The notes below the pieces were generated by a model. The model saw nothing but the letters and a program-made list of their open reading frames with translations, made no database searches and was not told the DNA's origin. The position numbers and the translations under genes were made by a program. From assembly GCF_006345805.1 (NCBI RefSeq), contig NC_043014.1, positions 18,290,001 to 18,354,000 of the forward strand: a stretch of 64,000 nucleotides of DNA. Direction: 5' to 3'. Below, piece after piece: positions 1 to 12,266 of the stretch. The stretch is from Octopus sinensis (lineage: Eukaryota). Numbering within the stretch: position 1 is the first letter of the stretch; each line of letters opens with the position of its first letter.

Positions 1-43
<43 letters not shown>

Positions 44-588
44 TACAGTGTACATTTAAACACATAAGAAGTTCCATCATAGCACTCCTTACGCTAGAAG
101 GAACAGCTAAAGTACAAACCAATAATTTGGGATAAAATCTTTAAGGGAATGAAAAATAAAAAAATATTTACCATATATAGTCTATTGACTAATTTTTCTA
201 TACGCTAAGCTACTGTCTTCTTACATTTCACTTCCACTAAATATCTCTACTTCCATGCCTTTAAGCTTTATTCTAATTCGCCTATCGCTCTATATCTCTC
301 CACTATTTGTTTTCTGCTAATTTCTTTCTCCTTCTCTTTCTATAAACTACCTTTGGTGTTATATCTACAACGGATTTTTAAAAAATAACTTGACAGCGTT
401 CCTTTCACTATATACGCAGTCATCACATTCTGTTAAAATGTCTTATTGATGTGTTTGGTTTCTTTCTTTCCCTGGTGAGAAGATTGCATTGTTTTACACC
501 ATTTTATTCCTTCTGGAATAATACCAATGATGTCTTCGAAATATATGTCGGAAGTAAAAGAATTTGAATAATATCTGCGTTTAACACC

Positions 589-689
<101 letters not shown>

Positions 690-722
690 CCTACTTACAC
701 ACACGCACACACACATACACAC

Positions 723-753
<31 letters not shown>

Positions 754-789
754 TGTATGTATGTATATATATATATAGATATATGTATA

Positions 790-1340
790 TCCAGTCACAA
801 GGCTTTGGTCGGCCGAAGACTATAGCAGAAAGCACTTGTTCAATGTGCCACGCCGTGGGAATGAACTCGGAATCATATGGCTGGGAAGTGAACTTCTTAT
901 TTCTTATTTCTTTACTGCCCACAAGGTGCTACACACTGAGGGGACAAAATAAGGACAGACAAACGGATTAAGTCGATTAAAATCGGCCCCAGTGCGTAAC
1001 TGGTACTTATTTAATCGACTAGAAAGGATGAAAGGCAAAGTCGACCTCGGCGGAATTTGAACTCAGAACGTAGCGGCAGACGAAATACGGCTACGCATTT
1101 TGCCCGGCGTGCTAACGTTTCTGCCAGCTCACCGCGAACTTCTTACCACGCAACCACGTCTACGTGTATATCTTTAATCTTTTACTTGGACACTTGCTTT
1201 GACAGATTTTAGCCGAACAAGTCGACTCTAGTATTTATGCTTTATTTTTTTGAAAATTTGTTACTCATTCGATCGCTCTCATTGATCAAACTACTAAGTT
1301 ACAGGGACATAAACAAAACAACACTGGTTGTCAAGCGAAG
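790..1340 (-). mobile_element. tRNA-derived SINE family B copy, interrupted by a family A SINE
   Basis: Matches the full copies at 42167-42585 and 63380-63756 (cacaaggctttggtcggcc...tgccacgc...gaac...cttaccac); split at 900-1135 by another SINE. Confidence 0.7.
900..1135 (-). mobile_element. Full-length tRNA-derived SINE family A with 10-bp target-site duplication
   Basis: Minus strand starts gcggtgagctggcagaaacgttagc (A-box-like), has gagttcaaattcc (B-box-like) and ends ccttgtgggcagtaaagaaataag; flanked by gaacttctta at 890-899 and 1136-1145. Confidence 0.85.
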
Positions 1341-1562
1341 GGATGTGCAACACAGGCACACATATTTCCACCCATATGTGTGTATGTGTGTGTAAGTCTA
1401 GGTGCTCCTTGAAACACAATGCGGTTAAGCAGAATCCGGATTATAAGTGAGTGCTGTTACGAGACCCTCTGGATTATTTATCTCCTTCTATTCATCATCA
1501 TCATCAGCATCACATATATATATATATGAACAAATAAATGAATAAATATATATATATATATA

Positions 1563-1602
<40 letters not shown>

Positions 1603-2691
1603 AGGTAATGGAGAAGTAAAAGGAGTGACTGCTCCCCCGAATACATTTTTTAAAATTGAGGCCTTTTCTAAAATATTCTTTTAAACTTTTTAGCAACAAA
1701 TATCAGAGGTTGTAAATTTCATACATAATGACATTGTTACTGAAACATGAATTTAATGAATAACTAAGGAAGTATTTCAAGTAATATAAGAGAAATGAAC
1801 TGATAATTGTTTGGCCTTTATTTATGTCCTCGCTTCCCCTAACGTTAGAACCTGCTATGCTTCTCATACAAACACACACACACACACAAATGTATATGCA
1901 TATATATATATATATATACGATGGGTCTCCAATACATTCATGCAGAATGTATTGGTTGGGCAGGGGATAAAATACACTTAACCTAAGTGTCACGCGGTGG
2001 GACTGAACTCGAAACTATGTTTGTAAAGTGATCTTATTGACCACACAGCCATACCCGCACCTATATTTAGCTCAATTAAAAATTGCTTTCATTTTGGTAC
2101 CTAGGTAATTTGTGATATGCACCTAAGTATTTATACTTCAAAATTACCTGAAATTTATTTCTTTCGTAGTATATAATATGTATTTATGTAAAGTTAATAT
2201 AATTTCAGAATTAATTTGTTAATCTCCATATTTTACATTACTTTTCATGTTAAATTTAGTTTCAACATTATTGACTTCCGAGCTCCCAGACTGGATTTTG
2301 CAAACATTTTTTGCTACACTTTGCTCTGTTATGTCGATAATTTCAAATTTCATTTAAATTTCAACTCAATGTTTACATTTCCTGTTGTACGATTCCCCTC
2401 GAGGAAATGTATATATAAATGTTTAACACAATTCTCATTTGATTTCTTTCGTACCGTTTTAATGTTTATGTACCCGAGTATTTTCCGCTTAAAATATAAA
2501 TGTCTCAGATTATATAAATATATGCATCTATAATATATAATATATTATAATTTTAAGATGAATACCTCGAGATATTTTTAACTCGTAATCGTATATTAGT
2601 GCACATAGACGCACAGATATACATACAGGTATACACTATTACAGCCACACACACACACATATATACATAACATATATATATATAAACAGGG

Positions 2692-2772
2692 TCTCACTGA
2701 TGAATTCTCCCTGGGCAAATAAATTATCTTGTTTGCTGAATTATAAAGAAACTGCAGGACTGCAGTCTGAGA
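2692..2772 (+). ncRNA. Type I hammerhead ribozyme-like motif, copy 1 (extended stem III)
   Basis: UCUCA-CUGAUGA-long stem II-GAAA-CUGCAGGACUGCAG-UC-UGAGA; stem I UCUCA/UGAGA; predicted cleavage after C2767. Confidence 0.7.
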
Positions 2773-3096
2773 ATTTTCCGGTTTAGTAAATGTTTTTATC
2801 TTCATTTCACTTAATTTATCAAGCTTCTGGATTCCTAGCACATATTTCGCCTTAATGTACTGATATATGAAAAATATGGCTTGTGTTAGTAATACCAGCG
2901 ATTATATTATTTTTTTTATTCTATCGCAATTTGATTTGTTTACATATTTCTCGATAAATTATGAGCGCCAGGCGATATACCAGAATTCCCTAGTGTTGTC
3001 GGGACGTTCGGAGTCTGCGCAGTGATATGATTATTAGGAAGAGTAACTCACTAGACGCACATGCTTCTAGTGAGTTAGGATCCCAGAAAAACAGGG

Positions 3097-3168
3097 TCTC
3101 ACTGATGAATTCTCCCTGGCAAATAAATTATCTTGTTTGCTGAATTAGAAAGAAACTGCAGTCTGAGA
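3097..3168 (+). ncRNA. Type I hammerhead ribozyme-like motif, copy 2
   Basis: UCUCA-CUGAUGA...GAAA-CUGCAG-UC-UGAGA; GUC cleavage triplet ends at 3163. Confidence 0.72.
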
Positions 3169-3491
3169 TTTTCCGGTTTAGTAAATTTTTTTATCTTCAT
3201 TTCACTTAATTTATCCAGCTTCTGTATTCCTAGCACATATTCGCCTAATGTACTGATATATGAAAAATATATGGCTTGTGTTAGTAATACCAGCGATTAT
3301 AATTATTTTTTATTCTATCGCAATTTGATTTGTTTACATATTTCTCGATAAATTATGAGCGGCAGGCGATATACCAGAATTCCCTAGTGTTGTCGGGACG
3401 TTCGGAGTCTGCGCAGTGATATGATTAGTTAGGAAGAGTAACTCACTAGACGCACATGCTTCTAGTGAGTTAGGATCCCAGAAAAACAGGG

Positions 3492-3564
3492 TCTCACTGA
3501 TGAATTCTCCCTGGGCACATAAATTATCTTGTTTGCTGAATTAGAAAGAAACTGCAGTCTGAGA
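3492..3564 (+). ncRNA. Type I hammerhead ribozyme-like motif, copy 3
   Basis: Same core; GUC ends at 3559. Confidence 0.72.
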
Positions 3565-3887
3565 ATTTTCCGGTTTAGTAAATGTTTTATCTTCATTTCA
3601 CTTAATTTATCAAGCTTCTGTATTCCTAGCACATATTTCGCCTTAATGTACTGAGATATATGAAAAATATATGGCTTGTGTTAGTAATACCAGCGATTAT
3701 AATTATTTTTTTATTCTATCGCAATTTGATTTGTTACATATTTCTCGATAAATGATGAGCGCCAGGCGAATACCAGAATTCCCTGTGTTGTCGGGACGTT
3801 CGGAGTCTGCGCAGTGATATGATTAGTTAGGAGAGTAACTCACTAGACGCACATGCTTCTAGTGAGTTAGGATCCCCAAAAAACAGG

Positions 3888-3960
3888 TCTCACTGATGAA
3901 TTCTCCCTGGGCAAATAAATTATCTTGTTTGCTGAATTAGAAAGAAACTGCAGTCTGAGA
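3888..3960 (+). ncRNA. Type I hammerhead ribozyme-like motif, copy 4
   Basis: Same core; GUC ends at 3955. Confidence 0.72.
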
Positions 3961-4286
3961 ATTTTCCGGTTTAGTAAATGTTTTTATCTTCATTTCACTT
4001 AATTTATCAAGCTTCTGTATTCCTAGCACATTTTTCGCCTAATGTACTGATATATGAAAAATATATGGCTTGTGTTAGTAATACCAGCGATTATAATTAT
4101 TTTTTTATTCTATCGCAATTTGATTTGTTTACATATTTCCTCGATAAATTATGAGCGCCGGCGATTACCAGAATTCCCTAGTGTTGTCGGGACGTTCGGA
4201 GTCTGCGCAGTGATATGATTAGTTTAGGAAGAGTAACTCACTAGACGCACATGCTTCTAGTGAGTTAGGATCCCAGAAAAACAGGG

Positions 4287-4357
4287 TCTCACTGATGAAT
4301 TCTCCTGGGCAAATAAATTATCTTGTTTGCTGATTAGAAAGAAACTGCAGTCTGAGA
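4287..4357 (+). ncRNA. Type I hammerhead ribozyme-like motif, copy 5
   Basis: Same core; GUC ends at 4352. Confidence 0.72.
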
Positions 4358-4675
4358 ATTTTCGGTTTAGTAAATGTTTTTATCTTCATTTCACTTAATT
4401 TATCAGCTTCGTATTCCTAGCACCTATTTCGCCTTAATGTACTGATATATGAAAAAATATGGCTTGTGTTAGTAATACCAGCGATTATAATATATTTTTT
4501 TATTCTATCGCAATTGATTTGTTTACATATTTCTCGATAAATTATGAGCGCCACGATATACCAGAATTCCCTAGTTTGTCGGACGTTCGGAGTCTGCGCA
4601 GTGATATGATTAGTTAGGAAGAGTAACTCACTAGACGCACATGCTTCTAGTGAGTTAGGATCCCAGAAAAACGGG

Positions 4676-4748
4676 TCTCACTGATGAATTCTCCCTGGGC
4701 AAATAAATTATCTTGTTTGCTGAATTAGAAATAAACTGCAGTCTGAGA
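4676..4748 (+). ncRNA. Hammerhead-like motif, copy 6, core mutated (GAAA to UAAA)
   Basis: CUGAUGA is intact but the catalytic G12 reads T (4732); likely inactive or a sequencing error. Confidence 0.55.
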
Positions 4749-4914
4749 ATTTTCCGGTTTAGTAAATGTTTTTATCTTCATTTCACTTAATTTATCAAGC
4801 TTCTGTATTCCTAGCACATATTCGCCTTAATGTACTGATATATGAAAAATATATGGCTTGTGTTAGTAATACCAGCGATTATAATTATTTTTTTATTCTA
4901 TCGCATTTGATTTG

Positions 4915-4962
<48 letters not shown>

Positions 4963-5059
4963 GATATACATACATACTGCAGATATAAATATACCTAAAT
5001 ACATACATACACACACATATATACATATATATATAGAATTGTACATACATATATGTGTA

Positions 5060-5418
5060 TGTGTCGTGGCACTCTGTCGGTTGTGACGACGAGGGTTTCA
5101 GGTGATCCGACCAGCCTGCTCGTGAAATTAACGTGCAAGTGGCTGAGCACTCCACAGACACGTGTACCCTTAACGTAATTCGCAGTGAGATTCCGCGTGA
5201 CACAGAGTGTGACAAGGCTGGCCCTTTGAAAATACAGGTACAACAGAAACAGAAAGAAAGAGTGAGAGAAAGACGTGGTGAAAGATTACAGCAGGGTTCT
5301 ACCCCCTCCCACCCGGAGCCTCGTGGAGATTTAGGTGTTTTCGCTCAATAAACACTCACAACGCTCGGTCTATGGCCGCGAGTCCACTGCCCTAACCACT
5401 GGGCCATTGAGTCTCCAC
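5060..5418 (-). mobile_element. tRNA-derived SINE family C
   Basis: Minus-strand head gtggagactcaatggcccagtggttagggcagtggactcgcgg; related copies at about 18930-19178(-), 40885-41215(-), 44352-44640(+) and 25195-25330(+). Confidence 0.75.
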
Positions 5419-5419
5419 T

Positions 5420-5469
<50 letters not shown>

Positions 5470-5645
5470 ACAAACACACACACACACACATACATACACA
5501 CACACACATATATATATTATATATGTATAAATATATATACATGCATATATGTACAAATAATGATTGTAATCTGAGACATCATTAAATGTGTCTTCCAAGT
5601 GGTGCCATTAAGTTAGACATGGTCTGGACCAATTCTGGCCGAAAC

Positions 5646-5697
<52 letters not shown>

Positions 5698-7977
5698 TTA
5701 TCTATCTATCAATGTGTTTGTCTGTCTGTCTATGTGAAACACCTTGTAGGTTTGGACACACTGTGGGCATACAGTAAACTTATGCGTACGTATATACAGT
5801 CTTCAGACAAACATACATATGTATAATATTTATGCAAATATAATTATTCATGTACATGTTTGCATGCTCACATATGCCCAATATATGGATATACATATGT
5901 AGTTATTTACGTATGCTAACGCAAACGCGCACATGCGTCTCTGCCTACATGCATATGCATACATACATGCATTCATAGTTACATAGATACATCATGCATG
6001 CATGCATGCGTACATACATACATCCATAAATACATACATACATACATACATACATACATACATACATACATACATACATACACACATGCATGCATACATA
6101 CATACAGTACATTATGGTAGTTCGTGACAAAATTGAAATAGACAAAACAATATTTTTGCAGTAATAGAGTTTTCGAGTTTATTATGCTTTCGTGACAAAT
6201 TTTGAAATTTGAAACCAATAGAGTTTCGAGTCTGATGCAGAACGAAGCTTCTGAGTTCGTAAGTTACAAATCTCATATATTAAGATGCACTTAGATATAA
6301 TTTAACATTCATATTTCGGTACAGGCCAACTAACTTTATCTATTACATTTTTATAGCGGTGTTTCTCAGTTTGTCTTTATAACGTAATCTCTCTCTCCCT
6401 CTCTCTCTCTCTCTTCCGCGACCAACTAAATTCAATCTATATTTATCATAAAACACTCTCATTTTATATTTTATTCTCGCTCGCTCATTATCTTCGCGTA
6501 ATTTCTTACAACTTGAGTTGAGACACTGCCATTTTTACGGATGCTACAGCTGCACATATGTGTGTGTGTGTGTGTGCTTGTCTATGTTTGAGTGTGTATT
6601 ATACTATATTTCATATAATATAATATAATATAATATAATATAATATAATCTATATTTAATAAAACATAGTGTGGATGTGTGTGTGTCTGTGTGTAGTGCG
6701 TATGTTCCTTATGGATTCGACGTATGATGTATCAAAAGATTCAGTAATCGTTCGGCTACGAAATGTAGTAAGAATTTGTATAACAACGCTTGTTTACTAC
6801 AAAAATCACCTCGGAAACGAGGGAGGGTCGCACAATTTTCAGGTTATTTCGGGCAATATTTGAATGAATTGACATATTGAACCATCTGATCACCACAATA
6901 AACACACCGTCAATCTATAAATAAATAAAAATACTTTAAAATAAAACCCAGCAACAATATAAAAGGAGTATTATGTGTGGAGTTGTGATGCACAAATCAT
7001 TGTATGTCAACGGAAAAGGACCAGAAATGCCTGCTTCCCGAACAATTATTGGCACATATTCCGACAATAATGGACTTTGTGCCACAACTAAACTGCCAAA
7101 GTGGATGTCTTCAGTATTCCATGGTTAAACAATGTCTCGGAAGTATTGTGATGCTATTTCTTTGTACAAAGCCCAATTTTCAATAGAAAATTCATTAATG
7201 AACCGAAAACAATTTGTCAATTTAGATTTTCTTGGCAGCAAAAAAACTCAGCAATGCCAAAGGAGAGTTCTCAGGTTTACGTTCAATAAAATTTCTCCAA
7301 ATTTTAGACACTGTATGAGCCTATATTCGTTCGAGTGTGGTAAAGACGTGAAGCAATAAGTAAAACCTTTCGAGCTGTTTTGCCTTTAACATTTTACCTT
7401 TTATTCAGCCAATTTTATGTAAAATTGCTTATGGTTATTAGTATATATCCATGCATATTATTCATTCTAAAAGCCACGAAATTCATATGGATTTTTCTAT
7501 AATCTATCCATTTTTCACAGTGGTTGAGCGTGTACTATAGAGTAGGTGGTGCGATGGAAAACAAATGTCTGGCTTAATTACCTCAATGGAGATATCAACA
7601 CCGCGCATCCATGAGAGGGCAAATTAAGGTCACATACACACGTGTCTGCCCACGGTGCGGCTCCTTTCATCGGTCGGAATGTAGACAGTGTTCTTTGATT
7701 GATACAATTTTAAATCAATTTTTCCTTATCAGAGACATGTATTGCACTACTAGTTAGTATTGGTGTTATTATCATCAACGACCCGGGCAACGCCGGAGTG
7801 CATTGCGTATGGTGCGTACGCTCCGCTTCAACCCGAGAATTAGGTATATATATTTATAATAATACAACGCCAGGGTGCGTTGCTACTATAATATAACATA
7901 ATATAGTATATATATATATATGATTATATGTATATATGTATATATATATATATTTATATATATATAAAACATATGTG

Positions 7978-8017
<40 letters not shown>

Positions 8018-8120
8018 AATACAAAACAAACAGGAAAATATTATCTCTCACCTTATAAAGCTAACATTGTTTCTATTGCACTAAGATATACATGCATGCA
8101 CACATTCACACCACACACAC

Positions 8121-8154
<34 letters not shown>

Positions 8155-8245
8155 ATCAAATGGATTATACGGATAATACCATACCAAATTTTGGTGCCTT
8201 CAACTTAAGTACCATATTCGTCTGAATCTAAATTTTTGCTGAACT

Positions 8246-8287
<42 letters not shown>

Positions 8288-8503
8288 GTGTGTGTGTGTG
8301 TGTGTGTGTATGTGTGTGAGTGTATATATATATATATACATACATGTACATATATACATATGTCGCTTGAAAAATAGCGAGATGAATAAATATTTCTACT
8401 AGGAAATTGTGGGTAGCTGTATTTCACGAAACGTGTGGCTTTTAGTATCTTTCTGTCTATCTTCGCTCTCTCTAACTCTCCTCCTCTCTCCCTCTCTCTC
8501 TCC

Positions 8504-8547
<44 letters not shown>

Positions 8548-8858
8548 GATATATATATATATATATACACACTTTTATATGCATATAATACACATGTATT
8601 ACATATATATATTCATATATATACATATGAATATATATAATATATATATATATATACACTTTTATATTGCATAAAATATATAACATGTATATACATATAA
8701 ATATATACACTGTATATACGTATATATGCATATATACATATGCATATATATATACATAATAATATAATATATATTATATAGATAATTACCTTTAACCCCA
8801 TATATACGTTGTGTTGTAATATAATATATATATATATACCTTTACCCATATATACGTT

Positions 8859-8890
<32 letters not shown>

Positions 8891-9325
8891 CATACATATA
8901 CATGTATATATGCATATGCATGTGTATGTTTGTGTATGAAAGTTTGAGTCGGTGAGAGAGCTATTTTATAAATTTTTATCAATTTGTTGTTATTCATCAT
9001 AACGAAATAAATCCGAATCAATTGACATATTGAACCATTTGACCACCACAATAAACACACCGTCAATCTATAAATAAATAAAAAATACTTTAAAATAAAA
9101 CTCAGCAAATCATTTAATATTTTTGTATTGAAATTTCCTCGTACATATTAGTAATTCAAAATCAATCGTAAAGTAATAGACAGTTTAAGAAAAATCAACA
9201 TAAATGCAAAATCTGGAAATATAATATTTGTCAAGTCAAATATTTCACATTTATCTAATAGAGAATGCATACATACGTACACGCATACGTGCGCGTGCAC
9301 ACACATATGTTATGTGTATATAAGT

Positions 9326-9369
<44 letters not shown>

Positions 9370-9426
9370 CTATATATACATATATATTTGCATTATATAT
9401 CTATATGCATTATATATATGTTATTA

Positions 9427-9484
<58 letters not shown>

Positions 9485-9485
9485 A

Positions 9486-9625
9486 CTTTATTTAAGCAGC
9501 AGAAAATTCAACAAAACCTGTTACTCTGAGTTTCCCGTTGCCGTTCATCGGACAGTTTTTGCTAGAAAAACTGTCCTATGAACGGCAACGGGAATTGTTG
9601 AATTTTCTGGCTGCTTTAAATAAAG
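9486..9625. repeat. Fold-back palindrome containing a minimal hammerhead-like motif (PLE terminal-repeat type)
   Basis: Arms agcagcagaaaattcaacaa...ttcccgttgccgttcatcggacagttttt / aaaaactgtcctatgaacggcaacgggaa...ttgttgaattttctggctgct. Minus strand 9555-9518 reads CUGU-CCGAUGA-acggcaacgg-GAAA-cucagag-UA-ACAG. Confidence 0.7.
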
Positions 9626-9691
9626 CATATACTCTACCACTGGTATTTGAGTACTCGTTTTCCACCTGTTTCACATCTAAGTGTTTACTCC

Positions 9692-9729
<38 letters not shown>

Positions 9730-10389
9730 TATATACGTATATATATATTACTGATTACAAGATCAGTGATTATATATATTATATATATATATATATATAT
9801 ACACATTTTATATTAGCTAATATGTATATGTATACATGCACACGTAAATACATACATATATATGTAAATATATATGTCGACCTAGACGTACATATTTATA
9901 AAAGAAAGTGGTTATTATTCAACTCAATAATTGGTTGCGTAAGCAATTTTCTGAAAAGGAAATTTGAGTCACATATGACCTGAAGAGTGTGATTGTGTGC
10001 AAATATATCCGTGTATGTGTGTGCGTTTGTATAGACGTATGTATGTATGCATATATGTTCTTATATACATGCATATATAAATACAAATATATATAAATTT
10101 AAAAATATATATATACATATATATACATACAAGTATGTATGTAAGCATATATATATTTAGATGTGTGTATACATTAGTTGTTAATATATAAAAATGCTTA
10201 TGTACATAAATATGTGACTGTATATATATACATTACACACATGGTCATATTCACGTACGTACACACACACTAGCAATAAACGTTTTTGAGAGCCAGGAAT
10301 ATTTTATATATATATATAATAACTTCAGTATCTGAACTATCTGACAGCAATCCAACTTTCATGTGCGTGGTAGTATATATAATTTAGGT

Positions 10390-10463
10390 GGCCGGTTAGC
10401 TTAGTTGGTTGCAGTGTCGTGCTAATAACGCGAATGTCATGGGTTCGTGTCCCATACTTGTCA
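10390..10463 (+). tRNA. tRNA-Ile(AAT) pseudogene
   Basis: ggccggttagcttagttggtt...tcgtg-ctAATaa-cgcga...atggg-ttcgtgt-cccat-acttgtca. Anticodon and T stems pair; acceptor and D stems have mismatches and the T-loop A58 is lost. Confidence 0.8.
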
Positions 10464-10477
10464 GAAAGTTAGAGAAC

Positions 10478-10690
10478 GCTGCGACTTGGCAACATCGTTA
10501 ACACATGGGCCAAAATGCTTAGCGGCATTTCATCCGTCTTCACATTTTGTGTTGAAATTCCGCCAAGGTCGACTTTGCCTTTTATCATTTCGGGGTCGAC
10601 AAAATACGTACAAGCTGAGCACTGGGGGTTGATTTAGTTGACTTACCCCGTCCACCGAAATTACTGACGTTGTGCCAAAGTTTGAAATCA
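10478..10690 (+). mobile_element. SINE family A, diverged copy
   Basis: ggcaacatcgttaacac...gaaattccgccaaggtcgactttgcc...tgtgccaaagtttgaaa. Confidence 0.75.
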
Positions 10691-12044
10691 ATATAGATAT
10701 AGATAATTTAGAAGCTGTCTACACAGCTTCTTCAATAACCTGTGTCGCACAGTTCATCGCACAAAATGTTTGGCTTCATTGCACATGAAATCGTGAGAAA
10801 ATGCGATATTTGTTATTAAATATTAATATTATGGCGTCGGTTGTAACTCAGATTTCCATAAAATTTGTGTCCAAAGTATTGTTACGGTTGTCAAATATTG
10901 ATGTCTCGTCCTTATTTGTATATTTAGCGTTTCGAAAAGTCTTTAAAAGTGTCTAAGTATTGAATGCTGATGTGTTGTTGAGAGTGAGTGGAATGTTAGG
11001 CTGTTTATCTAACGTTTTATTAATAGTCTTAAAGGTGACGCTGTTATCAGTGTTGATAAGTGTGACGTAGTACTGGAGTATGTGTGCGTAGTGGGATGTC
11101 AAAAATGTGAGGTAGACAGAAAAAAGAGTACGTGGAGGAGGTGCACAACTGGATTCGTGGTATAATACTGCTAATTCTAAGTTGATGGGATTTTCCAAAT
11201 AATCTGCGGGAATACACTTTTCTTGGATTATGAAATCGGACTGTTAAAATAAAAGCAATCTAACTAAAGTATCTTCATTTATGAAATTAAATATTGGAGT
11301 TCTTGTAAACTCAAGGGACTCCAACTTTTGAATGTGTAATGCATCAATGAACCCAGTGTAGATGAGCTCAGAGACGTGTATAATAAATGGCAGGTGATTT
11401 ATGTATATAAATATGTGTATAGTTCTCTGTGCCTGATCATCATTACTAAGGGAGATTTCTGCTCTGCCCAGTTAATGAAAAGGGAGTAAAAAAATTGTCC
11501 TTAGCATTGCCTGTCTAACAAACTCGCTGTCGGCAAGAGAAATAATTTCAAAAACGTAAAGAGCAGTGACACAACTTGCTTAATCACCCTGTCTATCTCT
11601 GTCTGTCTGTCTCTCTGATGAAGTTCCTTGTTTTATGACCAAATATTACCAAATATTTTCTTACCAAATATAGTTAATATTTTCACATATTTTTGCACAT
11701 CACTGGCAATACCATACAGCATTGGAAGCAGAAACAACTGTTAAATGGGACGCAGTCTATTTGCATTGAACTAATTAATAATAATTGATGTAAGTCAATT
11801 GTTGTTCATCAGAACTTCTCCATTTACTGTTTTCTTTAAATTTTGATTCTTGATAAACCCATGTTTATCCTTGTCTTTACTTATAACTTATGAGCATTAT
11901 ATGTTTGCATATGTATGCCCATGGTTAAGCATAGATAATATACCTGCATTGTAATGGATACTTCTATCCCTTACACGGTTATTTTAACCATTAACTCAAC
12001 AAACTTTAATACACGCACACACACAAACACATGCATATACATAC

Positions 12045-12200
12045 GGCGGGCTTCTTTCAGTTTCCATCTACCAAATCTACTCACAAGGCTTTGGTCGGCT
12101 CGAGGCTGTAGTAGAAGACACTAAGGTGCCACACTGAACCCGAAACCATGTGGTTGGAAGCAAGCTTGTTACCACACATCACTTCTGCGCCTATAAATAA

Positions 12201-12266
<66 letters not shown>

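Larger units (their letters stand above)
2684..4916 (+). repeat. Tandem array of ~396-bp units (~5.6 copies), candidate hammerhead retrozyme
   Basis: Unit anchors tctcaCTGATGA at 2692, 3097, 3492, 3888, 4287 and 4676; copies are near-identical; array is flanked by (TA)n. Confidence 0.95.

Noticed and set aside
2216-2533. 105-aa ORF or PLE N-terminus next to the array
   Set aside because: AT-rich low-complexity composition, no diagnostic motif on either strand.
2684-4916. CRISPR-like array or C/D-box snoRNA cluster (ctgatga)
   Set aside because: Whole units repeat with no unique spacers and the context is eukaryotic; CUGAUGA sits in a complete hammerhead topology rather than a C/D box pair with a terminal stem.
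10953-11420. Coding-like minus-strand stretch and nearby ctgatga at about 11615
   Set aside because: No recognisable motif; the hammerhead stems cannot be completed.
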